Positions 31,501 to 43,729 of a stretch of 64,000 nucleotides of DNA are shown here, piece by piece. The notes below the pieces were generated by a model. The model did not search any database, had not been told where the DNA came from, and saw nothing but the letters and a program-made list of their open reading frames with translations. Positions within the stretch are counted from its first letter, which is position 1; each line of letters starts with the position of its first letter. The stretch comes from Eledone cirrhosa (taxonomy: Eukaryota), in assembly GCA_964016885.1 (NCBI GenBank), contig OZ024740.1, positions 352,656,001 to 352,720,000 on the forward strand, given 5' to 3'. The position numbers and the translations under genes are program-made.

Positions 31501-34500
31501 TAAGTTTACTAATTGTTGATATATATATAAACATAAGTAATAATGTTGTTATTTTTCATTTTTCTCTTTAGGATTTACAGTTATTGAAAAAAGATAATCC
31601 AAATCTACACATTGTTACTTTAGGTAAGATTTCATCTTTTCTTCATATTAATTCCATCAAAATTGCAGCTTTTCTATTGATTGTAAGATATCAGCCTGCC
31701 AGATGAAAGTATGTTTGTATACTTTCATGGTTGCTGTGCTCTGTCCATAGCCATGACATTGAATTGTGATTAACCCAGTCCACCTAACTATAGAAAATAC
31801 CATTGTGTGATCCAACAGAGGATCATCTACATACTTATTTGACCTGCTAGAAATTGCAGTCAAAACTCGTTCAAATAACATGTTACTTTCATTTTTTTAA
31901 AATATTGTTATAGTAATTACAAATATTATTTTCATTCAGATATCTGTAATGAAGCTTCTATAGAAAAAGCAAAAGAAACTGTTGAAAATGAATTGAAAGG
32001 CAATGGGCTGAACTTATTGATTAACAATGCAGGTATGAAATTGTCTGTTACTTTTGAAAAACTTAACTTCGATTCCATGATGGAAGCCTTTAAAACCAAT
32101 ACTGTTGCTCCAAGTGTTGTGACTAAGGTAAGTGCTTTCATTTTTGTCTCCATTTTAATGTTGTTGAGTTATCTCCTGAACACTTTTTCTCTCTCAGTAT
32201 CATATGTATTAACTATACTGGTTTAACCCTTTAGCATTTACATTACTCTATATATACCATTGCATTTTTGTGGTAAAGGCTTTATCTTGCATAACTATCT
32301 CAAATAATATCGAATCTATGAGATTTTGATGTTATTTATTTTGAGAAAAAAACCTTAATGTCAGTATGAGCAACCAGTTACACCAGTTTGAACAGAAAGA
32401 GGTGAGAGAATTATGGCTAGATATGGCCGGTTTAAATGCTAAAGGGTTAGGTTTCCAATTTGAATTAAAATCTTCCAACATAATTTTATAGAAGAACCTT
32501 ACATTAAGTTACTATCTTAACAATGAAATAATTAATAATTTTAATAAATTTTTTTATCTTTTATAAACTTCAATTTTTATTGTTCTAGGTATTTTTCCCT
32601 TTACTGAAGGCAGCAGCTGCAAAACAGGATCCTTCTACAAGTTTATCTTGTAATAGGGCAGCAGTTGTGAATGTCAGCAGTATATTAGGATCCATTACTG
32701 CCACTCAAGACAGCACATTTTTCTATGAATATTCTGCTTCAAAGGTAAGGGTTAACAGCAAAGTTTCTCACATTTCCCTACTGTTATCTAATATACCTTT
32801 GTTCAATGGAAATATTGTGCAATGCTGCATTTCAGATTTATGCCAGGACATAAAACCAATGATGATGATAATGCAAACACACAAAAGTTAAGATTAACAA
32901 ATGCTCTATAATTCTTTACAAATTTTCTATAAAAATATTCAAAATTGTTAATATTTTTAGAAATTTGAAAATAGGAAACAGTTTCATCAAATTAGAGTAA
33001 CACATATTTTCTAATCATTCCCAATAATCAGTTGTATGTGTATTTATAGTTACTCTTGTTGTTTAGCCTTAGGTAAGCCATGATTGATCAAACCTATGAT
33101 CAATATATTTATGACATCTAGATGTAAATTTCTGTCTTGTTTTTTTTATGGTTGGTATCAAGATTCTGCCTTTCTCTGTGTATATCTTCACAGCCACCAA
33201 ATACTCCTAACTTTCCTTAAAGCTCATGTAACTAAATTCCACAAAGTATTTTGCCTGGCATTCTAATGATTCTGCCAATCTACCATCCATATCTTCAAAA
33301 TATAAAAAACAGATAAACATGAAAAGGAGCAATTGTAATATAGTAAGTTGCCAATGAACAAAATAACCAAGCCAGTTTCAATTTCTTGTTGAAGCTATCC
33401 CATTCTAACGTGTTATTGATACTCTTGGAAAAAGTGACAAATTATCCATTAGTCTCAGATAAAATGCATTGTGTAATTTTTCCAGCTCCTTGCACTCTGA
33501 GTTCAAATTCTGCTGGGATCAACTTTCCCCAAAGGAACAGTCAAGTTTGCTCCCTCACTCTCTCTCTCTCTCTCGGCTATACTACATAGTGGGAAGATTG
33601 TGGGAAACTGCTCACTATCTCCAATATCAGAAAAGATAGCAGACCCTACCGACATAATTTAAAATTTCCAGAGGGCTTTGAAGAGCCATGCACACTCTAG
33701 TTGCAGATAATATCTCTTGGTAAAGATATAAACCTCTAAAGATTGTAGAGTATATGTCTACAATGAGAATCATTTCAGTGTGCATTCCCTGAAAACCTAT
33801 GATACAGAACATGGAGAACCCACAGCTACTCAAACATACATGTTCCACTAAACCCTTAATGATTGCAACTCTTCCTCAAAACTAACTACATGCTCCCTCT
33901 ATTGAAGGCTACTCTGTATGCCTATCTTCTTTCTTTTACTTGAGCTAGCAAACCCAGAACAGGTTTTTTCTTGCGGACACTGATCTGCAGATGTTCAAAC
34001 AGTAGATCACATGCATCAGTGTCACCAGTTTAGGTGGGTTTGCAAAGGTCAATAGTAGCTTCACATCCTCTTATTACTAATCTATAAAAAGAAAAATATC
34101 AATTTCCTAGTTAGATAAAACTTTAATTACTAAAACATTACAATCATTGAACCAACTAAGTTGTGTCCCCTCTCTATTTGTTTTATTACTACATTACAAT
34201 CATTGAACCAACTAAGTTGTGTCCTCTCTCTATTTGTTTTATTACAACATTAGTTTTCTGAACCTGCAGATAATGTTGCCTTTCTTCCCTCCTTGATCCT
34301 CACTATGTGTAACTCATTGACTCAGTATCAAACACCATTCCAAATCCTTGTTTCTGATAATCACTTCCCACTGGAACTCTTACCCTAACTAACAAATAGT
34401 AACTATTTAAATTTAATGTTAACCACACATATCTCACTTCTGTAACCAAAATTTGGAATGTATAAGACAACATATAATCTTGTAAAAATCCAGTTAATGA

Positions 34501-34945
34501 AGGAATTTCTGTGTAGTTGCTTGACTTGCTAGAAATAACAGCTAAGACTCCCTCAAATTAGACCATACCATCTTGAAAAGAGATGGATACATTGAATATA
34601 CCCAAAAGGATGAAGTGGCAGTGGCTAATTATAGGTCTACTCAGTCAAGGAGGATAAACAACAACAGAATAGAAAATATATAAAAACAAAACATCCAATT
34701 ATGATTTTTATTTATTTCAGGCTGCTCTAAATATGATTACCAAAGATTTTGGCATTCACTTCAAACCTCACAATGTACTTGCTATAGCGCTTCACCCAGG
34801 ATGGGTGCAAACTGATATGGGTGGTAATCAGGCAAATTTGACACCTGAATCAAGTGTGAAACAATCATTGAATATGCTATCAACATTGAATGAAAGTAAT
34901 ACTGGATTACTTATTGACTACAAAGGGTCTGTCATTCCGTGGTGA
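28503..34945 (+). CDS. Short-chain dehydrogenase/reductase, C-factor (CsgA)/sniffer-like, five exons
   Basis: Exons 28503-28643, 31572-31623, 31940-32127, 32589-32744 and 34721-34945, all GT-AG, splicing in frame. Motifs TGSSRGIG, LINNAG, NVSS, YSASK and LHPGWVQTDMGG; ends IPW-stop. Confidence 0.93.
29590..29690 (-). mobile_element. 3' end fragment of a CRE-like non-LTR retrotransposon
   Basis: Translates as EGAWLFQRISLAITRGNAASVLACL. Related fragments at ~29845, 36775-36945, ~38895, ~45785, ~56145 and ~60700-60820. Confidence 0.7.
32227..32446. mobile_element. piggyBac-type MITE in SDR1 intron 3
   Basis: 14-bp TIR ccctttagcattta / taaatgctaaaggg, flanked by TTAA and TTAG. Confidence 0.65.
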
Positions 34946-35342
34946 GATTTGAATTAAACTGTATAAAACAGTACATATATAATATACATGATATACACTA
35001 CATTATTGTAATTTTTCCATTAAAATTAGTTAAATTTCATTGTTATATGAAGACCAACAACAACATTTTTTTACAGATGCAGAATTTTTTTATACTTAAC
35101 AATAACTCAAATCAAGTTTATCATTAATGAAAAAGAAACACCTGGAACTTTTATTTTCCATTAATCTTTTGAAAATCTACCTCAATCGTTATTAACTTAA
35201 TGTGATGAATACAAATCATTGACTTGGATGGTGAATAATGTTTATAAAGTATGACAACTGCTGGAAGTCAAAGACTTGAGTGTAGTGTTGTAAAGAAACT
35301 AATTGTGTTTAGTTTATACCAAAAATCAATGGATATGTAATA

Positions 35343-35502
35343 ATTGTTTCTACCTTTGTCACAAGGCCAGCAAATATCCAGTACATTACTGGTACTTTAT
35401 TCTATCGACCCCGTAAGGATGAAAGGCAAAGTTAACCTTGGCGGGATTTGAACTCAGAATGGAAAGGGCTATAACTCTATGCGTCAAAGCATGGCGTCCG
35501 AC
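35343..35502 (-). mobile_element. tRNA-type SINE of the gcctttcatccttacggggtcgata family
   Basis: B-box-like gagttcaaatccc and a shared body. Other copies at 37563-37745(+), ~47000-47120(+), 51345-51530(-), 52404-52567(-), ~54007-54120(+) and 60263-60550(-, two). Confidence 0.75.
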
Positions 35503-36762
35503 CGTTGATATAGAGATACTATATCTATGTTTGTATTTTCTTAATTCCATATGATTGTTTTTGATAATTTTGTAACAATTTAAATATGAATCATGGAATT
35601 TATTCTTTTAAGTTCATGAAAGCAAAATAATGTATTAAATAAATAATTGCAACATTTCTTTTGATTTTCCACAAAATTGAGGAAAACATTTTACAATTTT
35701 TTTTAAAATAAGATTTTTGTAAAACATTTGATAAACAATTTAAAATAAACTATACTGTTATTTTTATTTTCCTTTTGTTGCTGATATTGTTATTGAGCTT
35801 CAAGATAACTCTGATCAAGCAGATTTATGATAAAAGGCATTCAAGCTGGGATTATTGTTTTCCCTAACACAGCGTAGTGATCACCATATTATCCAATATA
35901 CCATTTTTTGAAAGGTGTTGGATATAATTTATCTGTTATTTCTAGAGTTTAAGTGACTCTAGTTTATTCAAGGATGAACAATTACATATAAATCAGACAT
36001 AATTCTTGACCTAAGAAGGTCGTAACTACAAATAAGAATGTATGTATGCATGCTTAGATTATGGGCAGTACTTATGACCATATTACTGAGTAGTGGTGGG
36101 GGGGGGGGGGAAATAAACCACACCTTATTCCTTATCCTGGTTACATGCAACAGAGATGAGTCTGCCAAAGACTTAAGGAGTGCTAAAACCAGCAGTGTAT
36201 AAAGTTAACTGCACCTGTTGCAACTCTAGTACATCTTCATCTCCTTCTTCAAGAACTTTTTTTCTCTTAAAACCACATTGCCAAACAAATGCACCCAGTA
36301 CAATCTGTAAAGTGGTTGGTGATAGGAAGGGCATCCAGCCATAGAAAACCTGCCAAACAAAAGGCTGGGATGATTTTTCAGCTGTGTCAAAGATACAACA
36401 ATTTCCCTAGTGTTAGTGCTACGACAAAATGCAGTTGGTAGAGCATGGGAATGTATGTAAGCAAGATGCAGACACCCCAGCCCATATGAGAGGTCAGTAG
36501 CTCCACTTGCATACTGACTCAGTTTGTTACGCCCCATTCAACCCTTGCTAACGGAAAACAGACGTTAAATGATAGTGATGACTTGTAATTATAAATTATT
36601 TAATTATCATATAACAAATATATAAGATCAAATAGAAATACATATTAATTAATTATTGCTAGGAGCCTTATAAATATAATACACAAAAACATAGTCAAAG
36701 CGAAAAAACAAACAAACATCACTTGAACACTAATTGCGTTAATCAGTCACACATCACAAAAG

Positions 36763-36945
36763 TCATTGGAAATTTTCGAGGCAAGCCAACACGCTCGCAG
36801 CATTACCGCAGGCGATAGCAAAGCTAAGGCGCTGAAACAACCAAGCACCTCCATGAGCATCACCTGACACCTCGCTCTGATGAGCTGCTAACGATAAGAA
36901 CTTCGCTGTCAGCAGCCCAGCACCCCCCAAACGTCTTGAATGCCA
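36763..36945 (-). mobile_element. CRE-like non-LTR retrotransposon, C-terminal restriction-like endonuclease tail
   Basis: PVAFKTFGG...VSGDAHGGAWLFQRLSFAIACGNAASVLACL. Confidence 0.72.
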
Positions 36946-39900
36946 CAGGTTTACCAATAAGTCCCAGAAATGGTTTACCAATAAGTCCCAGTACTTTTAA
37001 AAAGTTTTCATTTAAGTTTCTTGAGCAGAAAATACAGATGCTCACACAATCATATATGGCATACAATCTAATCATGTCCATTTGTGTACAAAAGAAAAAT
37101 GTACACTTATTACATTGTGTGAATACAATCATACATACACCTAATTATAGTCACACGTTAACTCGTCCACACATAATCACAAATCCTTGAAAGACGTCAT
37201 ATCACTGCATTTGAAACTGAGTTGAATTTTGCATAGAACTTAAATCCTTAAGAAAAATATACATACATAGATATATACAAATATGTGTGTATAAGAAGAC
37301 ATAATGGAATAGATCTCCGTCGGTTTCGACGATGAATGTTCCCGTGGTTCGATCGACAGAACAGCCTGCACTTGAAATTCGTGTGTAAGTGGTAGATTTC
37401 ACAGATACGTGTACCATTAACTTATTTCAGATTGACACAATTTGTAAGAAGGCCGACACTTTGAATTACAGGTAAAGTACATGCGCCGGGCTTCCAAAGA
37501 GTTTCCGTCTGCCCAGTTTCAAACACAAAGCTTGGGTTGACACATGGGAATAGGGACCTAATGATAGTAAGGCAGTATCAGTAGAGGGTCGGACGTCATG
37601 CTTTTGCAGCATAGAATTACGCTTCTTTAAGGTCTGAGTTCAAATCCTGCCGAGGTTAACTTTGCCTTTCATCCTTATGGGGTCGATAAAATAAAGCAGT
37701 AATGCATTGTGATAATTACTGGCCTTGTGCCAAAAGTAGAGACAATTGGATTGTCTCCCCTGCACCAAATTATTTCTCTATTGACAAGTGATATTTTTAG
37801 ACGATATAGAAAAGTGAAATAACGTTAATATTTTAATGATACTTTTTGCTATTCTCTTTTTAAAGCGAACAAATGACTCGAGGGACATTTGAACGCAAAA
37901 CTATAAATACTGAATTTTTTTATCCGACGTCCTGTCATTCTTCCTTATCTTTAATAAAATTATCAAATAATTCATATTGCTCAAAATAAAATCGTTCTTA
38001 AAACTATATTTAAAGGAAAAAATCGTAAACAAACGGGGAAAATGTGGCTGAAACTTCATAGATATTTAGGGTATAACCACATATATATCACGTCAGCTGA
38101 AGACCCCTGTCAGAAACGTCAAAGTAACATTCTCATTTTGTTTTACTATTTGACAACGTTGCTTTAAAGTATTTTTAAACTATCCTTAAGAGATATAGAA
38201 AAGGTAACGCCCTTAATCGTTGGTCGGCTCGCTGGCAGCTGACTCTAGGTGCAACAACATGATTATGAAATAGCAATTGGAAACAACTGTATCAAAAATT
38301 CTCTAGGATTTCTTAAACTCTACAGCTACAAGTAAAAATGAAACAAAGGTTTTAGATAAACATCTCTAGTATGTACTAGAAAATAAGCAAAACTGCTGCG
38401 AATTAGCTACGCAGCGATGTCTATCTACTATGTGAATACATTATTGGATAAAGTTATATAACATTTCTTTTTGACCCTTGATAGTCGCCTTTTTAAAAAT
38501 TATCATATACCATCATGCCTGTGAATATAAAGTCAATTTTTATCACTGGCTGCAATCGAGGTCTTGGACTTGAGTTTGTCAAACAATGTTTAAAGTTACC
38601 AACTCCACCACAGCATCTTTTCGCCACATGCCGCAACCCTGAAAAAGCTGAGGTTTAGTTGCTTTGTTATTATTGCGTGTTCTTTTCTTGATTGTAATTT
38701 TGTTTGATAATTTTCATGACTGTTTTTGACTATCAGGGTAATTTATTTTACAATTTACTCCTGTCTCATGTTGGAGGTGAAATTTGTGTGTGTGGGGGGG
38801 GGGGGGGGTACTGTTGGTTTTTAATGATTTTTACCGAACCTGACCTTTAAAATCGTCAGGAATTATTCGTCTTTTAGTTACTAGTTTGGCTCGTGGTAAC
38901 GTTGCGAGAGTATTGGCTTGCCTTAAAATATTGCGTTGACCCTTATGATGCGTGGCCGATTGACGCACTTGGTGAATTTTTTCTTTTTTTTCTTTCTCTC
39001 GCGCTTGTCGTATATTTTGGTGCGTTGTTTTGTGAGGTTCCTAGCAATGGTTAATTGTGTTTCTTATATGCGTTTATATTTGTGTTCATCACCGACATTA
39101 TATTTGTAATGTTATTCTGAAAGAATTGTGAGCAATTTGTAATGTTATATATGTGTATATAAATAAAAGTCGAATCGTGTCCGTCCTTGTGTCAGTCTGC
39201 TCGTTATTTATTAAAAACGTTTGGGGTTGAATATTACACCCGTCTCACTTCAGAGATAACATTTGTTTTTTGGTGTTTTGAACAAACATGCCATTCAAAG
39301 CCGCCAAAAGTTTTGCTCGTTAATGGATGGAGGCGGGGTACCCTCTGTAACGGAATATTATGTGTGGTTGTAACAAGTGGATGGATGGATGTAACTGTTG
39401 GTATGGTGGTTTCGGTGTAAAGAAAAATACCAGGAGTGTTGTTACAAAGTTTATTTTATTACAACAATATTCAATTTGAATATTGAATGATAAAATAATT
39501 GACACAAAATATTCATACAATAATTTGGTGGCTCTTCGAGCCACGTATATTCAGATATCACAGAATACGATTATAATATGTGTAAACAGAAATGAATGGT
39601 GCGTGTACAAATGCTGGATTCACTATGAATGCGTGTGTGCGGCGTATCAGTATATTTACTTATTTGTATTGCAGGAGTCAGCGATCAGCCAGGAAGGTGA
39701 GAATAAATGGCACTGTTTTTTCGTGATGAGAACTTGTAAAAACGTCTTGTTTTGTCTGTATCAACTTCTTTTCTGTTTTTGGCGTAAACAATCCCTGTCT
39801 TTATAAGAGTTGAAGTTAGAAGGAAAGATATATCCTCTGAACTTTGGTTAGTCTCCCAAGGGATTAGTTTGCCAAGCGTAAACAAGTCAGAAAGATGGAT

Positions 39901-40432
39901 ATATCCTCTGACCTATTTTCTGTCAGGCATAAACACCCCTGACCTGTGTTTAGCCTCTCCCAAGGGGTTAGTCTCCTGAGCGTAAACAAGTTACCACGGC
40001 TTGTCCCAGAGGCGGGAAAGCTCAGATTCGGTTTCGAATCTTCGCCGCCGTTATAGTACCCCCCTTCCAGTGAGAAAGCTAAGATTGAACGATCTAGGTG
40101 CATGTGAAATGAAGATAGGTATGACTAGGTGTGTTGTTGAAGAAAATCAGTAAAAATAAAAAAACACATGAAAGTCATTTACAAACAGGAGACATGAAAG
40201 AAAATATACAAAGCAAAAGAAATTTACATGCAGGAAAATGTACTGTGATGTTACATAAAATTGAAAATGTTCGTACGAAAAGTTTGTTGATTAAAAGTTC
40301 GTTCATTTCATAGAAACGGAAAAATGTTCTTTTGTCTGTTCTTTTGATGTGGGTGATGCACAGAGTTAATTGATTTGTGTGTAGCAATAGTTCATGACCA
40401 CAGAAATTGGCCGATTCGTTGAAATGTACAAA

Positions 40433-42260
40433 TTAGCCGAAATGTCGACCAGATGCATAATTTGTACTTACCCGATAAACTTGTACGTATCGCGTGGGCC
40501 ATCGGATTGTACTTCCAGATTTGGTGTGTCGGGGTTGTGCAGAATTTGTCGTGTTTGTGTCGGACAAAGTTGTTGGTGAGTCTGCTGGAGAAACGGTGGG
40601 TACTGGTGGCAATTCCTGTTCTATGAACGCTTTTTTTAAACGATCAATGGAGACGGTATTTCGTTTCCCGTTCAAGTTGAGGACGAAATACTTAGGGCAT
40701 TTCTGTATCACCTTATAGGGCCCGGAATACGGCGGACGAAGTTGCGATGGAATACCGTCATTTCTAACGAAAACATGCGTCCATGTATCGATGTCTTTTG
40801 GTATGTGTGAAGTAACGTGCTGTTGTTTAGGGGCTGAAGGAGACAGATGCGACATCGATGACCGTAAACGGTGCACAGAATGTCCGACTCCCTCCTTAAC
40901 AGTGCACAGAATGTCCGACTCCCTCCTTAACAGTGGAACGAATACCAAGAAGAATGAGTGGGAGGTATTCGAACCAGTTAGTGGAGTCTTCGTAAGCCTT
41001 GATAGATGATTTTAGCTGGCGGTGTAAGCGTTCTACCATGCCGTTAGCGGCAGGGTGATACGCTGTTGTACGGATGTGTTTGCACCCGAGGAGACGAGTC
41101 AGCTTGGTAAATAGATTCGAATCGAACTGACGTCCTCTATCCGTAGTGGTGGTCGCGGGTGTGCCGAAACGCGAAACCCAGTGAAACACTAGCGTTTGGC
41201 GACAGTTTCCGCAGTAATATCCGTCAGAGGAAAAGCTTCTGGCCAACGAGAAAATTGGTCGACACAGGTGAGAAGATGAGTGTAGTTGTGAGAAGGAGGC
41301 GAAGGTCCAACGATGTCTATATGCACATGTTGGAACCGTGCATCAGGTGTTGCGAAAGAACCGATCGGGGCTTTGATGTGCCGGTGAATTTTCGCCTTCT
41401 GGCACGCGATGCAGTTCCTAGCCCATTCGCGGGTGTCCTTGTTGATGTTGGGCCACACAAAGCGGGCAACCATCAGTTTCTGCGTGGCGCGGACGCCAGG
41501 ATGTGCCAGAGAATGCAGTGCCGAGAAAACGTCGCGTCTATGTTTCCGGGGCACGTATGGGCGCTCGTGGCCTGTGGAGATGTCGCACCAAATATAACCC
41601 GAAGAAGAGGGCAGCGGGCATTCCTTCAATTTCAAGGATGATTTCCGGAGTTGCAGCAGTTCCTCGTCATTCTGTTGATCCGCTGCAATCCTCTGAAGGT
41701 CGATAGTGGCAGTGGTGTAGATTGCGTTAAGCTCCATGCGCGATAGGGCATCAGCTGCTGAGTTGGTGGCACCCTTAATGAACCGAATATCAGTAGTATA
41801 CTGAGAAATGAAGTCCAGATGTCGGACCTCCCTGGGTGAGTGTCGGTCAGGTTTGGCATTGAACACGTACACTAGTGGTTTGTGGTCGGTGTATATAGAG
41901 AACACACGACCTTCTAGCATGTGTCGAAAATGCTTGACAGCAAGGTATGCTGCCAATAATTCACGACTGAATGTGCTGTACTTAGTTTCAGCGGGTTTTA
42001 ATCGCTTAGAGAAAAAAGATACAGGTCACCAAATATCGCCAGAGTTGTTGAAGCACACCTCCAACTCCGAAATCGGATGCATCAGTCAATAAACACATTG
42101 GGGCGTCAGGTTTGGGGTAACTCAGCATTGTAGCCCCGGACAACATTTTCTTCAACTCAGCGAAAGCGGTACATTCTTTTTCGCTGAGCTTGATGTTTGC
42201 GTTTTTGGTTGTACGCTGCCACAGCAAATCTGTGAGTGGTTGGGCTGTCTCTGCACAGTG
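40433..42260 (-). pseudogene. Gypsy RNase H and integrase, frameshifted
   Basis: LTDASDFGVGGVL, YTDHKPL, HSLAHPG...CIACQ, HIDIVGP, TDRGRQF, NGMVER and PPYSGPY. Confidence 0.9.
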
Positions 42261-42263
42261 GGG

Positions 42264-42717
42264 TGTAGTAAGACGCCTCACGCCCCCTGGCAGATAATAG
42301 CCCAAGCTAGTTGTCTCCCCCTGGTTGAGAACACCAGAGGTAAACAGAGACAGCCACGGGAAAGCAGACTAAACATACGCCACAGAAAACAGCCTCTGTA
42401 CCACGAAACGATAAACAGCCAAGGGAACAGCAAACAGCAAACCCCACAATACCTTTGTAATTGTAATTCACCACAACTGACCGCGTCTATATTTGGTATG
42501 TTTCATTTGTAATATAATAAACACATATAAACAAAATAAACATCACCATTATTTACATTTGTTGAATATAACTCTCGTTATGGTTATTGTCATGTTTACG
42601 CACACACCCACTCACTTTGTTATAATTCTCACTTACAAAAATGGTAAATAGACGAGGGACCTTCCCTCACGTCTATGTCGATAAACAATCCAACTAGGAT
42701 ACATTCATTTTACCACA
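42264..42717. mobile_element. Solo LTR (454 bp) of another family nested in the Gypsy pol
   Basis: TGTAGTAA...TTACCACA ends with a GGGG TSD; removing it restores RRFIPHCAETAQPL. Confidence 0.85.
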
Positions 42718-43729
42718 GGGGTATAAATCTTCTGTAGAAGTTTACCAGGCCAAGAAATTCTCGCAGTTTGCGGAGAGATGTAGGTTGTGGAAAATCAATG
42801 ATAGATTTGACTTTCTCCTTAAGTGGGCGAATACCAGCTTTGTCAATGATGTGTCCCAGAAAATGAAGGGACGCAACTCCGAACTCACATTTGCTGGGGT
42901 TGATAACAATTCCGTATTCACGCAAACGTGTGAATAGGAGATGCAGGTGTTTCTCATGTTCTTCATCGGAGCTGCTGGCCACCAGTAAGTCGTCAATGTA
43001 TGCGTATACAAAAGGTAGACCTCTGGTGACTGTATCGATGAATCGCTGGAATGTCTGCGCTGCATTTCGCAAACCGAAAGGCATACGCAGAAATTCGAAC
43101 ATTCCAAAGGATGTGACTGCGGTCTTTGGAATATCTGCGGGCTCAACGGGTATCTGATTGTAAGTTCGCACAAGATCGATCTTCGAAAATATGCAAGCCC
43201 CGTGCAGCGAGCTAGAGAAGTCCTGTAGATGAGGCACTGGATAAGAGTCAGGAACTGTGCAGTTGTTTAGTGCACGGTAGTCGCCACAGATTCGCCAGTC
43301 GTTCGACGACTTCTTGGGTACACAGTGTATGGGTGAGGACCAGTTGCTGCTGGGCGGACGTATGATGCCGAGATCCAGCATGTGCTGAAATTCTTGTTTA
43401 ACGGACTTCAGCCGGTCTGGTGGTAGCCTTCTAGGTCGTGCAGCGACAGGTGGGCCGTGAGTTTTTATGTGGTGTGTGACATCATGTTTTACAGGGCAAG
43501 CGTTGAATAGTGGTCGAGCTACGTCTGGGTATTTGTTGATGATGTGGTTGTGCCGGGTTGTTGTTGTCGATCGTGAAATGACTGGACTGACTGTGGCTGT
43601 CCTAGCGGCTATGCCGTGCACAGCGAGACCAGTGGAGTTGTCAACGAGTCGTTGGTTTTTCAGATCCACTAGAAGCGAGAAGTGCTGAAGAAAATCAGCT
43701 CCTAAAATAGGGGTCGGCAGCTTAGCCAC
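42718..43729 (-). pseudogene. Gypsy reverse transcriptase domain
   Basis: [39 protein letters not shown] and [13 protein letters not shown]. Confidence 0.93.

Noticed and set aside
34133-34250. Short tandem duplications (56 bp here; also ~36945, ~40870, ~46590 and ~57735) as CRISPR-like arrays
   Set aside because: Only two adjacent copies each, no spacers, eukaryotic context; ordinary local duplications.
38096-38122. ctgaaga-cccctgtca-gaaacgtc hammerhead-like core
   Set aside because: No stem II or stem I pairing.
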